NCBI RefSeq assembly: GCF_006345805.1
Contig: NC_043017.1
Coordinates: 29,202,001-29,266,000 of the forward strand
From: Octopus sinensis
Taxonomy: Eukaryota
Direction of reading: 5' to 3'
DNA: 64,000 bases
Positions 39,971 to 51,750 of this stretch are shown here, piece by piece. The position numbers and the translations under genes are program-made. The first letter of the stretch is position 1, and every line of letters begins with the position of its first letter. The notes below the pieces were generated by a model. That model made no database searches, was not told the DNA's origin, and worked only from the letters and a program-made list of their open reading frames with translations.

Positions 39971-40354
39971 TTATCCATAGGAGCGAGTGTGTGTGTATAG
40001 AAGTAACTATACCTGCGTACTGACACATCTAATGTGTCACTTATTCTTATTATTGTTCTTATATTTTTTATTACCCCCTGTCTATATCAATAACTTTGCA
40101 ACGAAATCTGTCCCTCGCCATTCCAGCCCAGCGGCTTAAACCTACAACATATTGTACTAAATCCGAGCGAAACAGAGTTCATTTAATGAAACACCTCTTA
40201 TTGCATCACCTGACGGGACGCTTCTGCACCGAGGGATGCTACCACATTTTGCTATATGGTTTCCTACCAGCGAAGTTTCAATGCAGGAAATGTCGAAACG
40301 ATCATTATAAGCGATAAGGTTTCCAGTGTCTTCCATTTTCCGTCTCTATCTCTC

Positions 40355-40775
40355 TTTACTCTTTACCTCTTTTACTTGTTTCAGTCATTTGACTGTGGCC
40401 ATGCTGGAGCACCGCCTTTAGTCGAGCAAATCGACCCCGGGAGTTATTCTTTGTAAGCCCAGTACTTATTCTATCGGTCTCTTTTGCCGAACCACTAAGT
40501 TACGGGGACGTAAACACACCACGATCGGTTGTCAAACGATGTTGGTGGAGACAAACACAGACACACAAACATATACCCACACACACATACATATATATCA
40601 TACATATATACAACAGGCTTCTTTCAGTTTACGTCTACCAAATCCACTCACAAGGATTTGGTCGACCCGTGATTATAGAAGAAGACACTTGCCCAAGGTG
40701 CCACGCAGTGGGACTGAACACGGAACCATGTGGTTTGTAAGCAAACTACTTACCACACAGCCACTCCTACGCCTA
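40355..40775 (-). mobile_element. SINE family 1, full length
   Basis: Complete reverse-complement copy. Confidence 0.92.
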
Positions 40776-41878
40776 TTCTTTGTTTCAGATAAGTATTTAA
40801 CACGCCGTGTCTATTAGGTATTTTATCTCAGACGAAAAGTAAAATTTCTTGTTCTTCAATGGTGCATGCCTGGCTGGTTATTTAAATTTATTTTTAATTC
40901 ACTTGCGTACATTGAGCTTCTATCATTGCTCTATACTTACAAAACACTATAATGCTTTTCAAATCAGAGCTAAAGACAGAGCTAAACACCGTTAGAAAGA
41001 GCAAGATTCTGGTATAATTTAGATCGAAGTGTTGCTGAGTGCAACTACACCATGACTAAGTGTTGCCTTTTTTCCAAGAAAGAAAACATCCTGCTTCAAA
41101 TCCTATTGACAAATAAGACACATTCAGTCTACTCTCTCAACTAAACATGATTAAACTATTTATCTAATGTAGATATTGATCACAAGTATTTTGTTCTTAA
41201 GTACAATGGGTGGTTAGGTTCACGTGTTTTGAAATCACACTTGTACTATGAATATTTAATAGCTTTATACCGGCGTGTTGATTGAAAGGTAGAAACAATA
41301 GTTAATGACTTTCCTGAGACCCTCTGGTAGTAATTTTGTCGTTTCTTAAAATAAAACAAGCCGGTGGGTTTAGCGGTTCTGCTGAAACAGCAGCGAACTA
41401 TTCACACTGGAAGCCATTGAACTAGAAAAACAGCTTTCATTTTGTAATTAATAGAAGTAATTCGATTCATTCTAAATTAACTTAAAGCTTCTCCGGCAAT
41501 TTATGACCTTATCAATTCCTAATTATTCCCATTATCAACACAAGGACATAGGATAATACCAGAAGCAGTAGTAATAATAACAGGAGTAATAGCGCAAATA
41601 ATACCCTCCAATATATTTTGAATTAAAACCGACTACATTCCAGCCGAGACATTTGATAACATAATTGTTTATAGTGTTAACATTTCCCTTTTTTACATTA
41701 CTTGATTAATTACATTATCACATTGAGCTTCGAGAAAATTATCATAACATATCTAACGAATGGGAAGAGATTTGCTTCTCAGACATGTGGTTCCAGTTTC
41801 AATATGTATATATATATGTACAATAGAAATATTAAAATTACTAAGTCTCTCTAAAGGAGATTACGGCAGCGTTACTGG

Positions 41879-42249
41879 AAATTAATAGTTATCGCCATAC
41901 TTATAAGGCAGTCTTATAAATATAAGACTAAAGCTGTCGCTGATTAGCTCCAACAGGCCACCGCCTCAAGCTAGCTATTTGACACACAACCTGCGTCCAT
42001 TATAAACCTTCGAACAGGGGAGGTCAGCCGCTTCATCCTACATTGATAAAGGCAAATACCCTGAAATATGTCTGCAGCTGTCTGACTGGCAGGATGAAGC
42101 GGCTGACCTCCCCTGTTCGAAGGTTTATAATGGACGCAGGTTGTGTGTCAAATAGCTAGCTTGAGGCGGTGGCCTCTTGGAGCTAATCAGCGACAGCTTT
42201 AGTCTTATATTTAAGACTGCCATATAAGTATGGCGATAACTATTAATTT
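41879..42249. repeat. Inverted repeat with ~160-bp arms and a 51-nt spacer
   Basis: 41879-42039 is the near-perfect reverse complement of 42091-42249. Followed by (TA)n. Confidence 0.93.
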
Positions 42250-42263
42250 ATATATATATATAT

Positions 42264-42325
<62 letters not shown>

Positions 42326-42334
42326 CTCTCTATA

Positions 42335-42740
42335 CTCTCTCTCTTTTACTTGTTTCAGTCATTTGACTGCGGCATGCTGGAACACCGCATTTAGTCGAAC
42401 AAATCGACCCCGGGACTTATTCTTTGTAAGCCCAGTACTTATTCTATCGGTATCTTTTGCCGAACCGCTAAGTGACGGGGACATAAACACGCCAGCATCG
42501 GTTGTCAAGCAATGCTAGAGGGACAAACACAGACACACAAATATATACACACACATATATATATATATACATATATACGACAGGCTTCTTTCAGTTCCCA
42601 TCTACCAAATCCACTCACAAGGCTTTTTCGGTCTGAGGCTATAGCAGAAGACACTTGCCCAAGATGCTATGCAGTGGGACTGAACCCGGAACCATGTGGT
42701 TAGTTAGCAAGCTACTTACCACACAGCCACTCCTGCGCCT
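42335..42740 (-). mobile_element. SINE family 1, full length
   Basis: Complete reverse-complement copy. Confidence 0.92.
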
Positions 42741-43619
42741 ATATATATATACATTTACGCATGTGGATTAGTAACAGGAATACGTTTTCATCATTGTAAT
42801 TGTTTTAACTCATGCAATCATTTCACCTGTGACTAGCACGCTCTAATATATAACGAAAACAATATTCTTCAAATTATGCTTGTAGATTAAAATGATAAGT
42901 TTATATGTATGGAATATTGCGTATTATGTAAGATGTAAGGGATATTACGGTGCTATGTCTAGGAAGTCTTATGTCAGAGTATAGAGGATCGTAAGTGTTC
43001 GCCATGACAAGTGGACTTGTAACAGACATTATTCAATGTTATTTGCAGAAGACAATTTGTTACCAAAATAAATTTTATCATCTTGCATTATCTTCAGAGA
43101 ACTAGATTAACGTAGAAGCTGAGAGAAAACTGCCTCAAAATAATGCTCTTGGGATAATGCGAGCAGCTAAACTATCAAGACTGGCTGTCGTCGAGCGTAG
43201 AGATGCTGTACTCTCACGCCTAAGTTCTAAACTAAAAATCAAAACAAGAACAATCTATCACTGTTTCCGTGTAATCTTTCTAACCACAAACAAAGCATGA
43301 GGATTAAATATTAACTCATTCACCCATACACAACATCGGTTGTGTCCAAATAACGCCATTATTATTTTCACATATCAAAAATAATTGTGTGGCTTTATAC
43401 CATTGTTTATCATTTGATAAAAGATATCCAGCACAAAAAATATTTATTGTCACTCCACGGAAGTGTATTTTTGCTTTTGATAAGAAAATAGTTTGGACAT
43501 CAATACTTAAGATTACTGGTAAGTGGTTTCAAATAGTAACTAAGGATTTGATTAGATCGTTATTCATAGTAACCCACTCATGCGCCTACATCTATAAATA
43601 TATGCACACACCTAGATAC

Positions 43620-44130
<511 letters not shown>

Positions 44131-44710
44131 ATATTTATATATCAGAATCAACAGTGTATTTCAAAGGCCAAGGTTTGCGTGAGATGCCACAGGTGTGCGT
44201 CTGTGGTAAAAAGATTGCTTCCCAATCACATGGTTCCTCGGTTCAGTCCCATAGCGGGGTACCTGGGGCAAGTGTCTTCTACTATAGCTTTGGTCCAACC
44301 AAAAACCTCTGAGGGGATTTGGTAGACGGAAACTGAAAGAATCCCTCCTCTGTGTTTGTGCTTGTGTGTGTGTGTCCGTGTCTGTATGTCCCTGCTCCGC
44401 TGGATAACCGGTATTGATGTGTAAACTAGGGGTTTGACAAAAGAGACCGTTTGAATAAGTACTAAGCTTAAATATAAAACCCGGGGTCGATTTGTTCAAC
44501 TAAGACCCATCGAAGCGTTGCTCCAGCATTGCTGCAGTTAAATGATTGAAACAAGTAAAAGAATAACAGAATTGTATAAGAACTATCTAATTACTGTCAT
44601 GAATTGTTTCAGAATTTTCAAAAATGGATACGATTAGGTAGATTTTTTATGTGTGGGGTGAGAGAAAGAGTGAGAGTTTTTTTAAAGTTGTTAGGAATCT
44701 CCCCTGCTTG

Positions 44711-44791
<81 letters not shown>

Positions 44792-44795
<4 letters not shown>

Positions 44796-44940
44796 GTAAA
44801 ATAATATGTGACAATTATTCTATAGCCAATAACCCTCTGAGTTTCGGATGCCGAGGTGGAAATCCACAACACCATCTCTTCGGTTATCTGGCCATCTCTA
44901 TCTTGGCTATTGAATAATTGTCACATATTATTTTACAGAT
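44792..44940. repeat. Inverted repeat (~38-bp arms) around a degenerate hammerhead-like spacer
   Basis: ATCTGTAAAATAATATGTGACAATTATTC.ATAGCCAA pairs with TTGGCTATTGAATAATTGTCACATATTATTTTACAGAT. Confidence 0.85.
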
Positions 44941-45017
44941 AAATTTCCGCTATTTACATAATATTGAGGTCTCTTTCTTTCTTTTGTTATCTTAACCGTT
45001 TTTACCAGTATATATAG

Positions 45018-45052
<35 letters not shown>

Positions 45053-45172
45053 TATAACATATATATATATATACATATATATATATTATATACATTTATA
45101 TTATATACCATATATATCATACATTATATATATATAACATATATATATAGATATATATATATACACACACAT

Positions 45173-45203
<31 letters not shown>

Positions 45204-45289
45204 ATATAATTCGAGACAAAACCACTATTTTAAAACCAAACAGAAAGACTTAATCAATACATAAAATTTTAATATAAATTAAATAAACG

Positions 45290-45332
45290 CCACTACAAAT
45301 GTTTCATGTCTGCTCCGACAATCTTCAGGTGG
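45290..45332 (-). ncRNA. Minimal type I hammerhead (mirror copy)
   Basis: Reverse complement of 45388-45430. Confidence 0.7.
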
Positions 45333-45387
45333 ATTTTCGATCTTCTAATCAGTATCAAAATTTGATACTGATTAGAAGATCGAAAAT

Positions 45388-45430
45388 CCACCTGAAGATT
45401 GTCGGAGCAGACATGAAACATTTGTAGTGG
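45388..45430 (+). ncRNA. Minimal type I hammerhead ribozyme
   Basis: CCAC-CTGAAGA-T TGTC(GGAGCA)GACA T-GAAAC-ATTT-GTA-GTGG. Stem I CCAC/GTGG, predicted GUA cleavage after 45426. Confidence 0.72.
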
Positions 45431-45729
45431 CGGTTTATTTAATTTATATTAAAAATTTATGTATTGATTAAGTCTTTCCTTGTTTGGTTTTAAAATAGTG
45501 GTTTTGTCTCGAATTATATTATATAATATTTTACTATAAAATTGGATTATTTAACCTAAATCTGATTTTTCCCTGTAATTTTGGATTCATTCCCTAATAT
45601 TTATTATTATATACATATACATATAATAATATATATACATATATATACAATACATATATACATATATATACATATATATATACATATATATATACATATA
45701 TATATATATAATATATATATATATTATAC

Positions 45730-45760
<31 letters not shown>

Positions 45761-45782
45761 ATATACATATATATATATATAC

Positions 45783-45839
<57 letters not shown>

Positions 45840-45989
45840 CAAGCGAAAACAGTCACTGATTTTGCAATACGCAAAAATGCTAGTTTTAAAATCCCTCTAA
45901 GAGATCAACGCAGTAGTTTTTCTTACATGTAATATTTGTATCCACTTCAACATGGCTCTCCGTACAAACGGACTCTATTGCGATTTTTT

Positions 45990-46206
45990 TTAATCCCAAG
46001 AGGACATCTCCTCTAGCTGGAAAGCTACTGCCATCTCTAGCATAAGAGGTGTCCTGTACGGAAGACTGGCAGAAATAGCCCGAAACCAGGACTGGTCTAC
46101 TGGTCCTGCAGCTAGAAGGTGATAGGGGTTTGCTCCACTCCTCGTAATTTATCAGATGCAGCTTTGCATTGTTAACCAGCTAGAGGGGATGTCCTCTTGG
46201 GGTTAA
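45990..46206. repeat. 31-bp inverted repeat enclosing a hammerhead-like motif (46053-46103, +)
   Basis: Arms 45990-46020 and 46176-46206. Spacer has GTA-CGGAAGA-CTGGC(AGAAATA)GCCC-GAAACCAG-GA-CTGGTC-TAC. Confidence 0.8.
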
Positions 46207-46530
46207 GGATGAAAGGCAAAGTCGACCTCGGCGGAATTTGAACTCAGAACGTAACGGCAAATGAAATACGGCTACAAACTTCGCCCGGCGTGCTAACGTT
46301 TCTGCCAGCTCGCCGCCGTAGACCGTGAGCTATATTGGTATTATGCCAGAAATTTCGGGGCAGGGGTCACATCCACCCCAGTGCTCCACTGATATTTAGT
46401 TTAACGAGCTGGAAAGGATCAAAGGCAAAAACTCAATCTCAGCAGAATTTTGAACTCAGAACGTAAATATGGACAAAATGCTGCTCAGCATTTTAACCGG
46501 CTTGCTAACGATTCTGCCAGCTTGCCGTCC
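46205..46530 (-). mobile_element. Two SINE family 2 5' fragments in tandem
   Basis: GGATGAAAGGCAAAGTCGACCTCGGCGGAATTTGAACTCAGAACG...TCTGCCAGCTCGCCGCC, then a more diverged copy. Confidence 0.8.
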
Positions 46531-46907
46531 TAATGGCCGTGAATAATATTTCAAGACATAATATAAATACTGCTATAGCACCACCACGCTCTACTAATTT
46601 AATTATGTTTATAGAGAAATTTATATGAGCATATCTATTATCAGGTTATTAGTGTGCTTCAGTAAATTTGGATTTTTGCTGCAGGTGAGATATCCGGTAT
46701 CTCGGATAGGAATTCCTATTAACATGTATCTGCCAAGTTCTTTATTGCCAATATTAATTGAGTCTGTATTTATATGTGACATATGTGATATGCGGCTGAT
46801 GGTTGTTAGTCGGCGTCTAAACACCGTGATCAAATTACATCACGAGTAAAACTTAGTAAACTTCTTGCTATATAATTACATATATATGTGGGAAGAGGAG
46901 TGAGTGC

Positions 46908-46958
<51 letters not shown>

Positions 46959-47197
46959 TGAAGGCATGTAGTTTAGTGGATAGGAGTGATGGACTTTATG
47001 ATTGTAAGAATGTGATTTCGACCCCTCGGCCAGTTGATGCGGTGTGTTTTTAAGGAAAGCGCTTCATTTCGCGTTACTCCAGTTCACTGACCGGGCATAA
47101 GTAACCATGCGGTAGAACGGCGTCCCGTCCAGAGGGGAAAATGGGGAAAACAAGGTAACTAGCTATATGAGTCTATATGTTCATTATCTATAGCTTC

Positions 47198-47245
<48 letters not shown>

Positions 47246-47586
47246 GTGTATTTAATTTGCTTTTCGCGGGAAGGAAAGTTTCATTAAAGTCGTGTATCGC
47301 CTTGAACTTCGAAACGTGGAGTAGATGAAACAAAGGCGACTTCGTTGGGGAATGTTCCTTGTGTTGATATGTCCCGTACTCTATTTTTTTCGTTTTTTAA
47401 GAAAAATGTCCATTTCCTTGGTTTTGTGTTTATGTCTTCGTTTCTCATTGTGTTCGACGTTTTTATTTTTTGGTGTCCTGTACCCATATGTGCATGTATA
47501 TATACGTGTACAGGTAGGTACGTACATATATGTATGTATATGTGTTTTATTTTATTTATTAATTTATTATATATATATGTGTACAT

Positions 47587-47617
<31 letters not shown>

Positions 47618-48131
47618 GTACGACGAGCTTCTGTTTCCGTCTGCCAAATCTACAGACACAGTAGGACTGAACCCAGAACCATGTGGTTAAGAAGGAAGCT
47701 TCTTACCAGACAGCCAAAGTGTTATTTATTTATTTATTCATTTGTTTATTCAGCGAGCATTTGCCAGAATCAAATGTTTTACGAACATAATTTCTCATAA
47801 TGGATCTTTAAAATTATCAAGTATCTCTAAAAATCCGTAAGATTATCTCATTTTAATAATGAATATTGTTGTGACACTAGTCATTTGTTAACCGAAACAG
47901 CAGTAAAGATATGACTTTATTACATTATATATTTATTCGTATACCATAATTTCCATGTAGATACTTTTTTTATTCGTATATTCGCTCCGACAAAAACCTT
48001 GTCTGGCCTTCGCCAGCCTGGGCTATAGCAGGAGTGTTGCTCTACTCGTTCTCAGATCTTGCCTAAGAGTGTATACATGCATATGTATACAAACAATATA
48101 TTTATATATATATATATTATATATATATATA

Positions 48132-48240
48132 CTTTATTTAAAGCAGCAGAAAATTCAACAAAACCTGTTACTTTGAGTTTCCCGTTGCGGGAAACTCAGA
48201 GTAACAGGCTTTGTTGAATTTTCTGCTGCTTTAAATAAAG
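48132..48240. repeat. 53-bp-arm hairpin made from the 3' half of a hammerhead-bearing repeat
   Basis: Arms 48132-48184 and 48188-48240 with loop TTG. Contains GAAAC-TCAGA-GTA-ACAGG but no CUGANGA half. Confidence 0.85.
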
Positions 48241-48339
48241 CATATTACTCTACCACTGGTATTTGAGTACTCTTTTTTTCCACCTTGTTTACATTTATGT
48301 GTTTACTCCGGTATATATATATATAATATATATAGATAT

Positions 48340-48395
<56 letters not shown>

Positions 48396-49011
48396 ATAGA
48401 CAATCGCCCCCTCTCTTTCTCTCCAACACCTTGAACTTTATAGCAAGCTATATTTAAAGAAGACTTCAACGAAAATACTCCAGACATGTTTGTCCAACAA
48501 ACAGAAAACAAACTGTTTTTACTTCAACTTTTTATAAATTTTTATCAATATTTGATAAGATGAAATCCATCATCAAAAGCGGTAATATTTTATACTTTCT
48601 TTATATAATTTTAATATTATTTTATTAAATTCTTTCTAAATTGAGATGTCTTAGATTTACTTCCGTGCTGTTTCCACCTCCATCTTTTATATATGAAAAT
48701 TTGATTTGTATAGATCTCTAATCTTTTTTCAACTTCATATATATATATATTTGTATGTGTGAACTAACAGTTTAGATAAAAAAAAAACATCGGTTTCATA
48801 TCTAGCGTGAACTAGACATATCTTTAGTTATCCTAAACGATAACTGTTCTCTGCAAAGAAAGTTTATTTTTTAAACACAAGAGCGCCGGTGATAGATCAA
48901 AAAATATTCCCCTTCAAAAATTGTAGCCGAGCGAGTTGTCTTCTTTCGCTTGATATATCTTATAGGGTATGCTCTTCTCCTGATTTATGATCTTATAACG
49001 AAGATATATAT

Positions 49012-49505
49012 CATCATCATCATCATTGTTCGACCGTGGTCGTGACAATGGAATTTACCATGCTACGCCAGACTTCACGGTCCATCATGGCATTACGGAG
49101 GTCCTGTTGCTGGTTGCCTATATCCCTGGAGATTACATCAGGGTAGGAGAGTGTGCGCCCTCTGGTATTGCGAGTAGATGGCATCCAGAGGAAAAGAGTA
49201 GAAACTGCCTCGTTTTCAGCTCTACAACAATGTCCAGCAAACTGGACCCTCTTACCTTTCACAAGAGATGACACAGGTGGTAGTTTCCCATATATTTGCA
49301 TTTTGGTTGGATGGCGCTTCCACGAGAGATTTTGAGCTCTCATAAGGAGGCGAGTGTAGGTTTCATCCAACCGCCTCTCAAGCTTCTTTGATAACGTCCA
49401 GGTTTCTGAGCCATATAGTAGAATTGGTTCGACGGTGGCTTTGAAGATTTCAAGTTTGAAGTCTCTACTTAGATTTGATGACCAGATCTTATGCTTGTCA
49501 TGCAT
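49012..49505 (-). pseudogene. RTE-clade LINE 3' end (RT C-terminus), 5'-truncated, (TGA)n tail
   Basis: IWSSNLSRDFKLEIFKATVEPILLYGSETWTL...LLMRAQNLSWKRH...QFAGHCCR...MMDREVWR. The stop runs into TGATGATGA repeats. Confidence 0.88.
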
Positions 49506-49625
49506 AAGATCTTATGTAATGACATGCATAAGATATATATATAATACTAGTATTCGCCAAAGGTTGGAGCCATACCGGTCCAATGCAGTTCAGTGTGTTT
49601 TGGTACCTTTTCTATATTGATATTA

Positions 49626-49980
49626 GTGGTGAAGAAGTGAGTTAGACGGCAAGCCGCTCTTCTCATGTTGCGATATGGATTCATTTACGATTTCTAACAG
49701 AAATTTCTTTAGATGTTTTTTAAAGACCTCCACATCTACACCCCGCAAATTTCTAAATTCGTTTAGCAGGATGTTGAACAATTTTGGACCCCTGAAACTC
49801 CAGCTGTGTCGGAAGATTGACTGCTCGACATGTTGAATTTATATAGCTAACAAGCTAAACGTTGGATGCAATGACGGCTTTTTCCCGCACAATTTTAGCT
49901 TAGAACAAAAATTTGATGCCTGCGTACATAGACGCACATCATAAGAATTTAACCACTGGACTACACACTCTACCATGATG
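49626..49980 (-). pseudogene. Old CR1-group LINE 3' remnant
   Basis: Frameshifted similarity to 50896-51372, including GGTCCAAAATTGTTCAAC (GPKLFN-like) and SNSLLH. Confidence 0.5.
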
Positions 49981-50259
49981 CCGTACAAATTTAGAGTGTC
50001 TCGTTTTGGAACTGTCACTAGATATATTCACTCAACTCTTTCAGTCATTATTTTCAACACAAAAAATATAGCCATAGAAATACGGGGGAACCTACAAAAT
50101 TTTCTAAGGCTAATCATGTGATCTGTTTCTTCAAATTTTACAAATAAAATTCACATTGGATATCCTTGTTGCTTATTTTGATTTCAATTATCTTTTTTTG
50201 AAATTGTATGGATGATACCGTACCAAATTCCGTTGCCTCACTTAAGTACCATTATTCGT

Positions 50260-50322
<63 letters not shown>

Positions 50323-50521
50323 TAAGATCGTAATTTAAAATAAAATAACGAACCCGTCAAATGGTCAGCATGGAAAAACTAACCTTCAAAGGAATAATTA
50401 TTAAAACTATAAATTATTGAACCGACTCTGAAAACCACTTTTAGGTGGTTTTTTTAGAGTCGGTTCATGGCTGCTATTTTCAGCATGGTGGTATCTCGTA
50501 GATACCCTAATTTATAATTAG

Positions 50522-50863
50522 GCAGTGGCTGTGTGGTAAGTAGCTTGCTTACCAACCACATGGTTCCGGATTCAGTCCCACTGCGTGGCACCTTGGCCAA
50601 GTGTCTTCTACTATAGTCTCGGGCCGACCAAAGCCTTGTGAGTGGATTTGGTAGACGGAAACTCAAAGAAGACCCTAGCATTGCTTGACAACCGATGCTG
50701 GTGTGTTTATGTCACCGTTACTTAGCGGTTCGGCAAAAGAGACCGATAGAATAAGTACTGGGCTTACAAAAGCATAAGTCCCGGGGTCGAGTTGCTCGAT
50801 TAAAGGTGGTGCTCCAGCATGGCCGCAGTCAAATGACTGAAACAAGTAAAAGAGTAAAAGAGT
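50522..50863 (+). mobile_element. SINE family 1 lacking the internal microsatellite
   Basis: AAAGAAGA joins directly to CCCTAGCATTGC. Otherwise near consensus. Confidence 0.92.
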
Positions 50864-50895
50864 ATATATATATATATATATATATGCATATATAT

Positions 50896-51368
50896 TTAGA
50901 GTTTCAGCTCAGAGCTGTGGCCATGCTGATGCACCGCCGTTTTGCGCTACACTGTTACTAGGCGCCTCCTCTAATATGTGGCACTGGATGAAGAATGGAG
51001 TTTGATATAGCTACCCGCATTCGCACCACTTGCCGTGAGGTAGGCTAATCTGGGACTCTCGACAGGAAGAGGTCCAGCTTTGATTTAAAAACCCCTACAT
51101 CTACTTTGTGCAAGTTCCTCAGCCTCTTTGGGTGAATATTAAAAATCTGTGGGCCCTTGAAACTCAGGCTGTTGCAGTAACTGGTCCTGAAGCGTGATGG
51201 CATTGCTGGGATCTTTGGCACTATGCAGTGTCGTCCCGTTCTGGCATTGGTGTAGCTTTCAATGCCAAAATTTGACACAATTCCTTCCAGGATCTTCCAG
51301 ATATATATTACTGCATACCTCTCCCGTCTTCTCTTCAGGGATTAGAGTCTTAGCTGTTTCAACCTTTC

Positions 51369-51372
<4 letters not shown>
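50896..51372 (-). pseudogene. CR1-group LINE 3' end with SINE-like terminal tail
   Basis: ERLKQLRL*SLKRRRERYAVIYIWKILEGIVSNFG...RTGRHCIVP...NSLSFKGPQIFN..P..LRN...FKSKLDLFLSRVPD*P...SNSILH, then tail GGCGGTGCATCAGCATGGCCACAGCTCTGAGCTGAAAC. Confidence 0.85.
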
Positions 51373-51409
<37 letters not shown>

Positions 51410-51750
51410 GTCTGTGACATCCTGTTTTTGTTGTTATTATTATCATCATTATTGTTTTTACGTATTTTTGTTCGTGTAACATCGTCCAGTTTTCCATCCT
51501 TGTTTTGTATACATTCGAGGCTTTCTTCCAAGGAATCTAATGCGCTTGGGTTAGATTTTCCTTTGGGGCTGGCCAGATCGGAGCAATCTCAAGATTAATC
51601 AGCCGAAATTGCGAGGATGATCCGGTTCTTGACTGAAGATTGAAGGCTTCGAATGTTCCGTCCGTGTTTTTTGTATCGTCTTCTAAATGTTTCACGTTCT
51701 TGTCCCAGTTTATATTTTTTTACCTTTACATATATATATATATATATATA

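Larger units (their letters stand above)
45201..45522. repeat. Near-perfect 322-bp palindrome with a single-base centre (45360)
   Basis: ~160-bp arms that differ only by small indels. Embedded between (TA)n tracts. Confidence 0.95.

Noticed and set aside
46621-46849. Short ORFs with a CAG/GTGAG splice-like site
   Set aside because: No recognisable domain, and a single splice-like motif is expected by chance.
51600-51665. CTGAAGA...TTCGAATG as a hammerhead (related copy 27775-27815)
   Set aside because: No GAAA core, no stable stem II and no convincing stem I.
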